Of a DNA stretch of 50,722 nucleotides, positions 39,511-48,764 are shown piece after piece. The notes beneath the pieces were generated by a model. It had not been told where the DNA came from. It worked only from the letters and a program-made list of their open reading frames with translations, and did no database searches. The stretch comes from an uncultured Bacillales bacterium (GTDB lineage: Bacteria > Bacillota_I > Bacilli_A > RF39 > UBA660), in assembly GCA_946615975.1 (NCBI GenBank), contig CAMOID010000004.1, forward strand, positions 1-50,722. Direction: 5' to 3'. The first letter of the stretch is position 1; the number at the start of each line of letters is the position of its first letter. The position numbers and the translations under genes were made by a program.

Positions 39511-40014
39511 ATGAATTATATAGTAAAGAAAAGTAAGAAAAAATGGGATATTGATTACTATGAATACGATTTAGATGGATTTACTTTTCATCCAAATAAA
39601 AATAGTAAGAATAATGAATTACAAATAACTTCTATTAAGATTTTTAATGAAGAAATGATTGAAAATCTAGTACATAATAAAATAAATGATAAATTCAAAT
39701 TACTATATAATAAAATAATGTCTACCTTATATGATGAAGATTCATCAGATGACGCTAATGAAGTAGTATTAGGTGAAATTCAAAAATTTAGAAGTGCACT
39801 TGATATAAGATATAAGAATTTTATGAAAAATGAAGAATATAAATTATATATTGAAAATTTATATTATTTAGATATAGAATTAAGAAATAAAATAGCTATT
39901 AATAATTATAGAAGACAAATGCAAATGAATAGTATGTTAGATCAATATAATTTTTCATTTGATGAAGATATAGAGGAATTAGAAGAAAGCTATTCACATG
40001 GAAGAAGTAGATAA
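39511..40014 (+). CDS. hypothetical protein
   Basis: 167-aa ORF, GGTGAGG RBS, followed by hairpin AAGCATAT/ATATGCTT. Confidence 0.7.
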   Translation: MNYIVKKSKKKWDIDYYEYDLDGFTFHPNKNSKNNELQITSIKIFNEEMIENLVHNKINDKFKLLYNKIMSTLYDEDSSDDANEVVLGEIQKFRSALDIRYKNFMKNEEYKLYIENLYYLDIELRNKIAINNYRRQMQMNSMLDQYNFSFDEDIEELEESYSHGRSR

Positions 40015-40118
40015 GCATATAAATATATGCTTTTTTCTTTGTAAACTACCTAAAAATGTGTCATTTTTATTGATATTAAACTATAATTCCTTTATAATAC
40101 AATAAGAAAAAGAAAGAG

Positions 40119-41372
40119 ATGAAAGTTATGAAAAATGTAAAAGAAATAACTATTACTGTTGAAGGTAAAGATTGGGAAAAAGCTATTGATAAAGCTTTTG
40201 AAAATAAAAAGAAAGATATTAAAATCGATGGATTTAGAAAAGGTTCAGTAACTAAAGAAATTTATATTAAAAAAGTAGGTATTGAATCATTATTCATGGA
40301 TGCAGCTGATATTGCTATTGATAATGCTTATAAATCAATTGATACTGCTGAAAAAGAAAAAATGGTATGTGAACCATCAGTAAATATTGAAGAAATCGAT
40401 AAGAAACATTGTAAAGTATTATTTAAATTAATTTCTAAACCTGAAATTAAATTAGGTAAATATACTAAATTAGGTGTTAAAAAAGATGAAGTTAAAGTAA
40501 CTAAAGAAGAAATTGAACATGAAATTGGACATATTTGTGAAAATATGGCTGAAATTATCAATAAAGAAAATGGTACAGTAGAAAAAGGAAATACTGCTGT
40601 AATTGACTTTGTTGGTAGAGTTGATGGAGAAGTTATTGAAGGTGGATCTGGAACTAACTATCCATTAGAAATTGGTTCAGGTATGTTCATTCCAGGATTC
40701 GAAGAAGGATGTATTGGAATGAAGGTTGGAGAAGAAAAAGTATTAAATCTTAAGTTCCCTGAAAATTATGTTGATAGCTTAAAAGGTAAAGATGTTGAAT
40801 TTACTGTTACTGTTAGAGAAATTAAAGAAAGAATTATTCCTGAATTAGGAAAAGATTTCTTTGAAGATTTAGGTATTGAAGGTGTAACTGATAAGAAGAC
40901 ATTAGAAGCTCATGTTAAAGAAGAATTAACTAAGAATAAAGAAAATGAAGCTGATAGAAAATATTTAGATGAAGTATTACATAAAGCTACTGATAATATG
41001 AAAGTAGAAATCAATGAAGAAATTATTGAATCTGAATGTAATAGAATGATTGAAGAATATGCTCATGAATTATCTCATCAAGGTGCTTCATTAGAACAAT
41101 ACCTACAAATGACTGGTACTAAATTCGAAGATCTTAAAAATATGATGAAACCACAAGCAACTGCTAGAATTAAAACTAGATATTTATTAGAAGAAGTTGC
41201 TGCAGCTGAAAATATCAAAGCTACTGCTGCTGATATTAAGAAGTTCGTTGAAGAAAACGCTGCTAAATATGATATGAAAGCTGAAGACTTTGAAACTGCT
41301 GTTGGTGGAAAAGATGCAATCGAATTTGAAATTCGTGTAGAAAAAGCGTTAGATATAATTAAAGAGGCTTAA
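40119..41372 (+). CDS. tig: trigger factor
   Basis: IDGFRKG ribosome-binding loop, FKBP domain (IDFVG, FIPGFEEG, FPENY). Confidence 0.95.
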   Translation: MKVMKNVKEITITVEGKDWEKAIDKAFENKKKDIKIDGFRKGSVTKEIYIKKVGIESLFMDAADIAIDNAYKSIDTAEKEKMVCEPSVNIEEIDKKHCKVLFKLISKPEIKLGKYTKLGVKKDEVKVTKEEIEHEIGHICENMAEIINKENGTVEKGNTAVIDFVGRVDGEVIEGGSGTNYPLEIGSGMFIPGFEEGCIGMKVGEEKVLNLKFPENYVDSLKGKDVEFTVTVREIKERIIPELGKDFFEDLGIEGVTDKKTLEAHVKEELTKNKENEADRKYLDEVLHKATDNMKVEINEEIIESECNRMIEEYAHELSHQGASLEQYLQMTGTKFEDLKNMMKPQATARIKTRYLLEEVAAAENIKATAADIKKFVEENAAKYDMKAEDFETAVGGKDAIEFEIRVEKALDIIKEA

Positions 41373-41406
41373 AAGTCTCTTTTTTTATTTATATTTATGT
41401 TATAAT
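41361..41406 (+). terminator. intrinsic terminator followed by extended -10 promoter
   Basis: AAAGAGGCTT/AAGTCTCTTT stem over the stop, T-run, TGTTATAAT (41398-41406). Confidence 0.75.
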
Positions 41407-41432
41407 TTTAATAGAGAATGTGGTGATTATTT

Positions 41433-41696
41433 ATGGAAAAAATCAAATCTCAAAAAGAATTATATATGAAACTTTTACCTGCATTAAGAACTAAGAAACA
41501 TGAATTAGATGCAGATAAAATGAAATTCGTAAAAGAAATAGATATATGGAATTATAATAAAATATATAATTGGAAAGATGCTCAAGGTTTAACCTTAGCA
41601 TCAATGGTAGATAATATTTTAAATACACCAAATGCATTATATGCAGATTATAAAATAGAACAAATAAAGAAAAGTGATGAAAATGAAAACAACTGA
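41433..41696 (+). CDS. ComN-like post-transcriptional regulator
   Basis: PALRTKKHEL...DIWNY...W...L..MVDNIL pattern; lies upstream of rel-dtd as comN does in Bacillus. Confidence 0.6.
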   Translation: MEKIKSQKELYMKLLPALRTKKHELDADKMKFVKEIDIWNYNKIYNWKDAQGLTLASMVDNILNTPNALYADYKIEQIKKSDENENN

Positions 41697-43830
41697 TGAT
41701 TTATATTTAGAACTATTAGATAAAATAAATGATAATGAATATACAAAAGAAGAATTAGATTTAATTAATAAAGCTTATACATTTGCTACTAAACAACATC
41801 AAGGTATGTTAAGAAAAAATGGAGATCCTTATATAGCACATCCATTAAATGTAGCAATTATAGTTGCTGGTTTAAATACTGATGCTATTACTGTTGTATC
41901 TGCATTAGTACATGAAACTATTACACATGGTTCATCTTCTTTAGAAGAATTAAAAGAAGAATTTGGAGATCAAGTTTCTAATATAATTGAATCTTTAATG
42001 AAAATTAATAGATTACATTTGACTGATGATTCAGAATCATCTGCTATTAATTTAAGAAAAATATTAGTAGCATTATCAGAAGATGTAAGAGTAATTATTA
42101 TAAAACTTGCTTCTAGATTACATAATTTAAGAACTAAAGAAGGACTTGATCCTGAATTACAAGTATTAAAAGCTAAAGAAACTAAGAATGTATTAATTCC
42201 CATTGCTCATAGATTAGGTATTAATCAATTAAAAACTGAATTAGAAGATTTAGATTTTAGAATATTAAATCCTGATTTATATAATGAAATAGAATCAGAA
42301 CTTCCTGTTCCTAGAAAAGAACTAGAAGAAATGCTACATGAAACAATGGATGAAATATCTGAATTATTAAGAGACAATAATATTTCATTTGAAATTAAAT
42401 GTAGAGTTAAATCAGTAAATAGTATTGATAATAAATTTAAAAATGGACATACATGGAAAAATATATATGATATTTTAGGTATTAGAATTATATGTGATGA
42501 AATACCTGATTGTTATTTAATAATTGGATTAATTCATAGTAAATTTAAACCAATACCTAAGAGATTTAAAGATTATATAGCTATGCCTAAGAATAATTCA
42601 TATCAATCTCTTCATACTGGTATATATGGACCTGAAAACTTACCATTAGAAGTACAAGTAAGAACAAAAGAAATGAATGAAATTGCAGAGCATGGTGTTG
42701 CTTCTCACTGGTCATATAAAGAGCATGGTACTAAAGCTGCACAAAGTATCATGGAACAAAAATTATCTTTATTTAGAACTATGATTGAAGATAATGTAGA
42801 TGAAGAAGAAGTTAAAAATGCAATTGATACAGAAATATTATCTGATTCAATTTATATTAATACTCCAAAAGGAGATGTAGTAGAATTACCTAAAGATTCT
42901 ACTCCTATAGACTTTGCTTATAGAATCCATTCAAAAGTAGGAGATACTACTGTTGGAGCTATAGTAAATGGTAAAATTGTTACTTTAGATTATAAATTGC
43001 AAGATCAAGATGAAGTAGAAATCATGACTGATGCTAATTCATCTCCTAAATTAGATTGGTTAAATATTGCAACAACTACTCAAGCTAAGAGTAAGATTAA
43101 ATCATTCTTCTCTAAACAAGATAGAGAAAACTATATTGCAAGAGGTAAAGATTTATTAGAAAAAGAATTAAGAAAAAGAAATATTGCTATTAAAGAAGCT
43201 TTATCTGAAGATAATATTAATAAATTAATTGATGATTTAAGAGTTGCTAATTATGAAGAAATATTATTAAATATTGGTTCTTTAAGATATACACCAGTTT
43301 ATATAGTAGATTTAATTTATAATAATAAAGAAAATGTAGAAGATGCATTCTTAGATAAATTAAGTAGACAAACTAATACTAAAACAAATTATGCTAATGA
43401 TATTATTGTATCTGGTATGGATGATTTATTAGTTAATTTAGCATCATGCTGTAGACCTGTATATGGTGATGAAATAATTGGTTATATCACTAAAGGAAGA
43501 GGTATTACAGTTCATAAAAAAGATTGTGTTAATGTTCATGATTTAAATGAAAGATTAATAGATGTTAAATGGAATGATAGATCAGATACTAATGATAAGA
43601 AATATATTTCACATATTAAAGTATTTACTAATGAAAATAAGACTTCATTAATGGATATAGTAGCTAAAGCTACTTCTAGAAATATTCAAATGACTTCTAT
43701 AAATGAAAAGAATGTTAATGATAGAATAATATATGATTTATTAATTAAAGTATCTTCTAAAGAAGATTTAGATTTATTTATAAATGATTTAGAAATGCTT
43801 AAATATGTAGATTTAGTTAAGAGGTATTAG
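41683..43830 (+). CDS. rel: long RelA/SpoT homolog with degenerate hydrolase domain
   Basis: RFKDYIAMPK, YQSLHT, EVQVRT, GVASHWSYKE, TGS, CC and ACT domains; start uncertain among 41674, 41677 and 41683. Confidence 0.93.
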   Translation: MKTTDDLYLELLDKINDNEYTKEELDLINKAYTFATKQHQGMLRKNGDPYIAHPLNVAIIVAGLNTDAITVVSALVHETITHGSSSLEELKEEFGDQVSNIIESLMKINRLHLTDDSESSAINLRKILVALSEDVRVIIIKLASRLHNLRTKEGLDPELQVLKAKETKNVLIPIAHRLGINQLKTELEDLDFRILNPDLYNEIESELPVPRKELEEMLHETMDEISELLRDNNISFEIKCRVKSVNSIDNKFKNGHTWKNIYDILGIRIICDEIPDCYLIIGLIHSKFKPIPKRFKDYIAMPKNNSYQSLHTGIYGPENLPLEVQVRTKEMNEIAEHGVASHWSYKEHGTKAAQSIMEQKLSLFRTMIEDNVDEEEVKNAIDTEILSDSIYINTPKGDVVELPKDSTPIDFAYRIHSKVGDTTVGAIVNGKIVTLDYKLQDQDEVEIMTDANSSPKLDWLNIATTTQAKSKIKSFFSKQDRENYIARGKDLLEKELRKRNIAIKEALSEDNINKLIDDLRVANYEEILLNIGSLRYTPVYIVDLIYNNKENVEDAFLDKLSRQTNTKTNYANDIIVSGMDDLLVNLASCCRPVYGDEIIGYITKGRGITVHKKDCVNVHDLNERLIDVKWNDRSDTNDKKYISHIKVFTNENKTSLMDIVAKATSRNIQMTSINEKNVNDRIIYDLLIKVSSKEDLDLFINDLEMLKYVDLVKRY

Positions 43831-44280
43831 ATGAAAGTAGTAGTACAAAGAAGTAAAAAGTCATCTGTATCTGTAGATGGTAAATTAATTAATAGTATTG
43901 AATCTGGTTTATGTATATTAGTTGGTATTAATGTAGAAGATACATTAGAGGATGCTGATAAATTAGTAAATAAAGTATTAAATTTAAGAATATTTGATGA
44001 TGAAGAAGGTATAATGAATAAATCTATTTTAGATGTAGGTGGTGAAATACTTTCTATATCTCAATTTACTTTACAAGCTGATACTAGAAAAGGGCATAGA
44101 CCATCATATATAAATGCTATGAAAGGTGAAGACGCTAAGAAAATATATGAATATTTTAATAGTAAGTTAAATGAACAAATACCTACATATCCTGGTGTAT
44201 TTGGAGCTGAAATGTTAGTATCTATAGAAAATGATGGACCTATTACTATAATTATTGATACAAAAGAAAAGAAGGATTAA
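43831..44280 (+). CDS. dtd: D-aminoacyl-tRNA deacylase
   Basis: MKVVVQR, LRIF, SQFTL, FGAEM, NDGPIT. Confidence 0.96.
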   Translation: MKVVVQRSKKSSVSVDGKLINSIESGLCILVGINVEDTLEDADKLVNKVLNLRIFDDEEGIMNKSILDVGGEILSISQFTLQADTRKGHRPSYINAMKGEDAKKIYEYFNSKLNEQIPTYPGVFGAEMLVSIENDGPITIIIDTKEKKD

Positions 44281-44295
44281 TTTCCTTCTTTTTTT
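44267..44295. terminator. bidirectional terminator encoded entirely within two convergent CDS ends
   Basis: AAAAGAAGGA-TTAATT-TCCTTCTTTT; loop holds both TAA stops. Confidence 0.75.
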
Positions 44296-45380
44296 AATTC
44301 TAATCTTAATTGATTTATTGAACTAAAGTTATCATTCATAAATGTATAACCATAATCTTCTAAATTAGATATAGAATCTAAATCATCAGCTGATTTCATC
44401 ATAAGCATTTTATGATATGTTTCATCTATATTTTTATTCTTCATAAATGTATCTATTGTCATTAAATAACATAATAGGTCAGTGGATACATCAAATCCGA
44501 AGATTGAATATATTTCATCTAGATCCTCAAGTTCGTATACCCATTTATCAGTAGTTTCTTCTTCATAACATTTTTTTACTTCTTCTAAATCAAATTGTTT
44601 ATTTTTGGCTAATCCAAAAAGTAAATCACTTACATATAAATCATATGAATCATTTATCGCTGATCTTAATTCATATTCTCTTAATTCATTTGCTAAATCA
44701 TCAAATCCAATTTTTGTTAAATATTCTTCCGCTAATAAGTTACCAAATCTACCTTCTAGTTCTTGAAGATATTTAATAGAACCTGGTATTGGTTTGTTTA
44801 ATTCATATAAATGTGCATGCATAGCTTCGTGTATTAAAGTTTGAAAGTCAAATGCAGTATGTGTCTCATATACATATATGAATTGTTTATTATGAATAAA
44901 ATCATATAATGTACATCCATCTAATTGAGCTACTGTTCCTTGTGGATTAAAATTACTTGTTATATGTAATTGATGATTTCTTCTTTTAACTATTTCATCA
45001 TAAGTTTTTAATAAGTTATCATTATGTAATTCTTTAAGACAATCATGTCCAAGAGTAACTAGTTCTTTTTGTTTTATATCAAATGGAGTAAGTAGTGGTC
45101 TTCCGAAGAACCAATCAATATCATCTTCAATTTTAAATAACTCCATCAGATAATCATATACGTGTTCTGGAAGATTATTCATATTATGTGAATAGTATTC
45201 GAATGATCTATCAAAATCAAATTGTTCTTCCTCAGGAACTATGTGAAATGATTCAGTTTCTAATGATGATGACATAATTCCTAACATTATTTCAGCATTT
45301 TCTAATGTTGTTTCATCTTTTAATTTTTCAGCTAATTTTTTTAGCTTCTTAATTTGATATTTTCTCCATTTGTATTTCAT
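44277..45380 (-). CDS. HExxH (gluzincin-like) protein, paralog A
   Basis: TLIHEAMHAH...YLQELEG; ATG 45380 behind GAGGTG. Confidence 0.65.
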   Translation of the reverse strand: MKYKWRKYQIKKLKKLAEKLKDETTLENAEIMLGIMSSSLETESFHIVPEEEQFDFDRSFEYYSHNMNNLPEHVYDYLMELFKIEDDIDWFFGRPLLTPFDIKQKELVTLGHDCLKELHNDNLLKTYDEIVKRRNHQLHITSNFNPQGTVAQLDGCTLYDFIHNKQFIYVYETHTAFDFQTLIHEAMHAHLYELNKPIPGSIKYLQELEGRFGNLLAEEYLTKIGFDDLANELREYELRSAINDSYDLYVSDLLFGLAKNKQFDLEEVKKCYEEETTDKWVYELEDLDEIYSIFGFDVSTDLLCYLMTIDTFMKNKNIDETYHKMLMMKSADDLDSISNLEDYGYTFMNDNFSSINQLRLELKKEGN

Positions 45381-45729
45381 TTGTAACACCTCTTGCTGCT
45401 TCCATGTATGCTCTAAATAATCCACCTGCACCTAATTTAGTACCACCAAAATAACGTACTACAACTATTAAAGTATTTTCTAAGTTTTTGTTTTCTAATA
45501 TGTTATATATAGGCATACCAGCTGTATTATTTGGTTCTTTATCATCTGATTTAGATGCAATAGGACCAACTTTATATGCATATGGAATATGTCTTGCTTT
45601 TTTATGTTCTTTTTTTAAATAATCTAATATTTCTTTAACTTCTTCTTTAGATTCAACATGATACATAAGGCCGATAAATTTGGACTTTTTTATTTCGTAT
45701 GTATAACTATTAATTAATTTATCTTCCAT
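45349..45729 (-). CDS. YigZ/IMPACT-family protein (N-terminal domain only)
   Basis: EIKKSKFIG, SDDKEPNNTAG, VVVRYFGGTKLGAGGL. Confidence 0.9.
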   Translation of the reverse strand: MEDKLINSYTYEIKKSKFIGLMYHVESKEEVKEILDYLKKEHKKARHIPYAYKVGPIASKSDDKEPNNTAGMPIYNILENKNLENTLIVVVRYFGGTKLGAGGLFRAYMEAARGVTNEIQMEKISN

Positions 45730-45762
45730 ATTTATTCTCCTTACTAAATTTATTATATCATA

Positions 45763-46854
45763 TTACATTTCTGATAAAACTTTCTTTAATGCTTTAGCTT
45801 CTTCATACATGCAATCTAAAGTATCACTTTCATTTAAATAGTTTAGTTTATATTTATTTAATAATTTTTGATAATCAGATATATCACTTCTAAATAGTTT
45901 TTTATATGTTCTAATTCCTTTTTCTTTATCTGTTAAAGTTAATCTAAATAACTCTAATGCAACTAAATATGAATTAATCATCTTAGCTCTATAAAGAAGA
46001 GGAATTTTTATATATTTATCATATTCTTCTTTAGTAATATCTTTTGGATATCCTTCTTTTTTTAATTCTTTATCTAAAGTTTGATAATTTACGTTTAATA
46101 TATAATTATTCATTACATATTGAATATGTACATCCCAAATATTATCTATTGCTTTAATTAAACGATTTGATCTAAAACATAATGCTAATTTTTGTAAATC
46201 ATATTTTTCTCCTAAGAATTGACCACATAATAACTCCATATAATATGATTCTACTTCAGTTAAGAAATATTTCATTATGTCATTTTCTTTATCAGTAAAT
46301 AATCTATGAGCTAACATATGTCCAACTTCATGAGCTAATATAACAGTATCTTCATCATTTCCATTTTTATAAAATGATCCATATACAGTTTTATCATCAT
46401 TTGATTTAATAACTCTTCCTTTTACTAAATCACTTATTGGATTTTTAAGTTCTTTATCTTTAATTCTTAATAAATGATTATCTGGATCTAATATAGTATC
46501 TATTTCAGTAGATATTTCTTTATCTCCTAAAGAATCATAGAATTCATGTATATAAGTTACAAGTTCTTCTTCATCTATATCATGTTGAGGAAGTTCTATA
46601 TAGGCTAAATCTTTTACATTTAATTTTTCATATAAAAAGAATAGGTATTCTAACATATCTTCATCAATTCTACATAAAGTAATAAAATCATGTCTAAAGT
46701 ATTTTTTAAAGTCTCTAAAAGTATCTTTTCTATTAAATAATCTATTTATTTCTTTATCTTCATTTCCGTTTATTTCATTTTGTAATGCATTGAATTTACG
46801 TTCATCAGTGATAGTTGATTGAATTTGATTAATATTCCAGTCATATTTAGCCAT
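45763..46854 (-). CDS. HExxH (gluzincin-like) protein, paralog B
   Basis: ILAHEVGHM...FLTEVESYYMEL. Confidence 0.65.
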   Translation of the reverse strand: MAKYDWNINQIQSTITDERKFNALQNEINGNEDKEINRLFNRKDTFRDFKKYFRHDFITLCRIDEDMLEYLFFLYEKLNVKDLAYIELPQHDIDEEELVTYIHEFYDSLGDKEISTEIDTILDPDNHLLRIKDKELKNPISDLVKGRVIKSNDDKTVYGSFYKNGNDEDTVILAHEVGHMLAHRLFTDKENDIMKYFLTEVESYYMELLCGQFLGEKYDLQKLALCFRSNRLIKAIDNIWDVHIQYVMNNYILNVNYQTLDKELKKEGYPKDITKEEYDKYIKIPLLYRAKMINSYLVALELFRLTLTDKEKGIRTYKKLFRSDISDYQKLLNKYKLNYLNESDTLDCMYEEAKALKKVLSEM

Positions 46855-46880
46855 ATAAACACCCCATTAATTAGTTATAT

Positions 46881-46922
46881 ATAATAACATAAATAGACTT
46901 TTTAGTCCAAATTATATATAAT
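46881..46922. promoter_or_regulatory. overlapping divergent sigmaA promoters
   Basis: Plus: TAGACT (46894-46899), 17 nt, TATAAT (46917-46922); minus: TGGACT (46909-46904), 17 nt, TATTAT (46886-46881) with TG extension. Confidence 0.65.
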
Positions 46923-46948
46923 AAAACTATCTGAAAGGAGGAAGTTTT

Positions 46949-48745
46949 ATGGCTAATATGAGTAAAATCAAACCTAAGTTAGAATTATTACCTCATAAAC
47001 CTGGTTCTTATCAAATGAGAGATATCAATAATAATATTATTTATGTTGGTAAAGCTAAGGATTTAAAAAATAGAGTTTCTTCATATTTTACTGGTAGAGT
47101 AACTGGTAAAACTAAGAAATTAGTAGAAAATATAGATGATTTTACTTATATAGTAACTTCTTCTGAATTAGAATCCTTTTTATTAGAAATTAATTTAATA
47201 AAACAATATGATCCTAAGTATAATATATTACTTAGAGATGATAAGAGTTATCCATATATTCAATATACAAGAAAACCATATCCAACATTAAAAGTAGTTA
47301 GATATTTAAATATTAGAAAGAAAGACTCAAAGAACTTATTTGGACCATTTGTTAATGCAACAGCAGCTCGTAAGATAGTTGAATTAATAAATAGATTGTA
47401 TCCACTTAAAAAGTGTTCAGGATGTCCTAAAGAAGTATGTTTATACTATCATATTCACGAATGTTTAGGATATTGTTGTAAAGATATAGATGAATCTATT
47501 GTAGATAATATGGAAAAAGAAATATTAGAATTCTTTAATGGTAATGATGACATATTAATTAATAAGATAAAAGATGAAATGAATAAACAATCTGAACTTA
47601 TGAATTATGAAAAAGCATTAGAATTAAAGAATGATTTAGAATATATAAATATTATAAGTGAAAAACAAAAGATTGATTTACCTGACTTAGTTAATAGAGA
47701 TATAGTAAATTACTATATTAATAAAGGTTTTATATCTATAGAAATATTCTTTGTTAGACATGGTAAATTAATAGGAAGTAAAAATGATATATTACCTATA
47801 TCAGAAGAATATATAGATGATATTGAATATTATCTAGGTGCATTCTATCAAAAGAATGAAAAACCTACTGAAATTATTGCTCCAGAAGAATTAAACTTAG
47901 CTATGTTAAAAGAATCATTAGAAGCTAACTTTATGTATGTTTCAAGAGGACCTAAACATAAGTTATTAGAATTAGTTAAAGAAAATGCTAAGATTAATTT
48001 AGAAAATAAATTAGAAGAACAAATTAGAAAGATTGAAAGAACTGAAGGAGCTAATGAAGAATTAGAAAAACTTTTAGGTATAAATATTCATAGAATAGAA
48101 TCTTTTGATAATGCTCATTTATTTGGTACATATGCTGTATCTGGTATGGTAGTTTATAAAGATGGCCTACCTTCTAAAAATGATTATAGAAAATATAAAG
48201 TATCTGTAGAAAAGAATGATGACTATGGTACTATGAAAGAAGTTACTTATAGAAGATATTATAGATGTTTATTAGAACATTTAGAATTACCTGATTTAAT
48301 ACTAGTTGATGGGGGTAAAGGTCAAATACATGCAGTAAACGATACTTTAGAAGAATTAGGATTAAAAGATAAGATAAAAGTATGTGGTATGGTTAAAAAT
48401 GATAAACATATGACTTCAGATTTAATGGATGGAGATACTTTAGAAACTTATGAAATAGATAGAACAAGTGATTTATTCCATTACTTAACTAGAATACAAG
48501 ATGAAGTTCATAGATTTACTATTACATATCATAGAAATCTTAGATCTAAAGGATCTATATCATCTATTTTAGATAATATAGATGGAATAGGTGAAAGACG
48601 TAAAAAAGATTTATTAAAACAATTTGGTAGTATTAATAAGATGAATGAAGCATCAGTCGAGGAATTAAGTAAAATAATACCTGAAAATGTTGCTATAGAA
48701 GTAAAAAACTATTTACATGACTATTTAGAAAATAAGACTAAATAG
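46949..48745 (+). CDS. uvrC: excinuclease ABC subunit C
   Basis: IIYVGKAKDLKNRVSSYF, PKYNILLRDDKSYPY, RIESFDNAH, LVDGGKGQ, QDEVHRF, HhH motif. Confidence 0.97.
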   Translation: MANMSKIKPKLELLPHKPGSYQMRDINNNIIYVGKAKDLKNRVSSYFTGRVTGKTKKLVENIDDFTYIVTSSELESFLLEINLIKQYDPKYNILLRDDKSYPYIQYTRKPYPTLKVVRYLNIRKKDSKNLFGPFVNATAARKIVELINRLYPLKKCSGCPKEVCLYYHIHECLGYCCKDIDESIVDNMEKEILEFFNGNDDILINKIKDEMNKQSELMNYEKALELKNDLEYINIISEKQKIDLPDLVNRDIVNYYINKGFISIEIFFVRHGKLIGSKNDILPISEEYIDDIEYYLGAFYQKNEKPTEIIAPEELNLAMLKESLEANFMYVSRGPKHKLLELVKENAKINLENKLEEQIRKIERTEGANEELEKLLGINIHRIESFDNAHLFGTYAVSGMVVYKDGLPSKNDYRKYKVSVEKNDDYGTMKEVTYRRYYRCLLEHLELPDLILVDGGKGQIHAVNDTLEELGLKDKIKVCGMVKNDKHMTSDLMDGDTLETYEIDRTSDLFHYLTRIQDEVHRFTITYHRNLRSKGSISSILDNIDGIGERRKKDLLKQFGSINKMNEASVEELSKIIPENVAIEVKNYLHDYLENKTK

Positions 48746-48764
48746 TCTTTTTATATGCTATAAT
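48734..48764 (+). terminator. intrinsic terminator fused to extended -10 promoter
   Basis: AAGACTA/TAGTCTT stem over the stop, T-run, TGCTATAAT (48756-48764). Confidence 0.65.

Noticed and set aside
1864-48764. Intergenic hairpins as integron attC sites or MITEs
   Set aside because: Short stems with unrelated sequences and T-tracts, no consistent RYYYAAC/GTTRRRY ends, no integrase or transposase; terminators explain them
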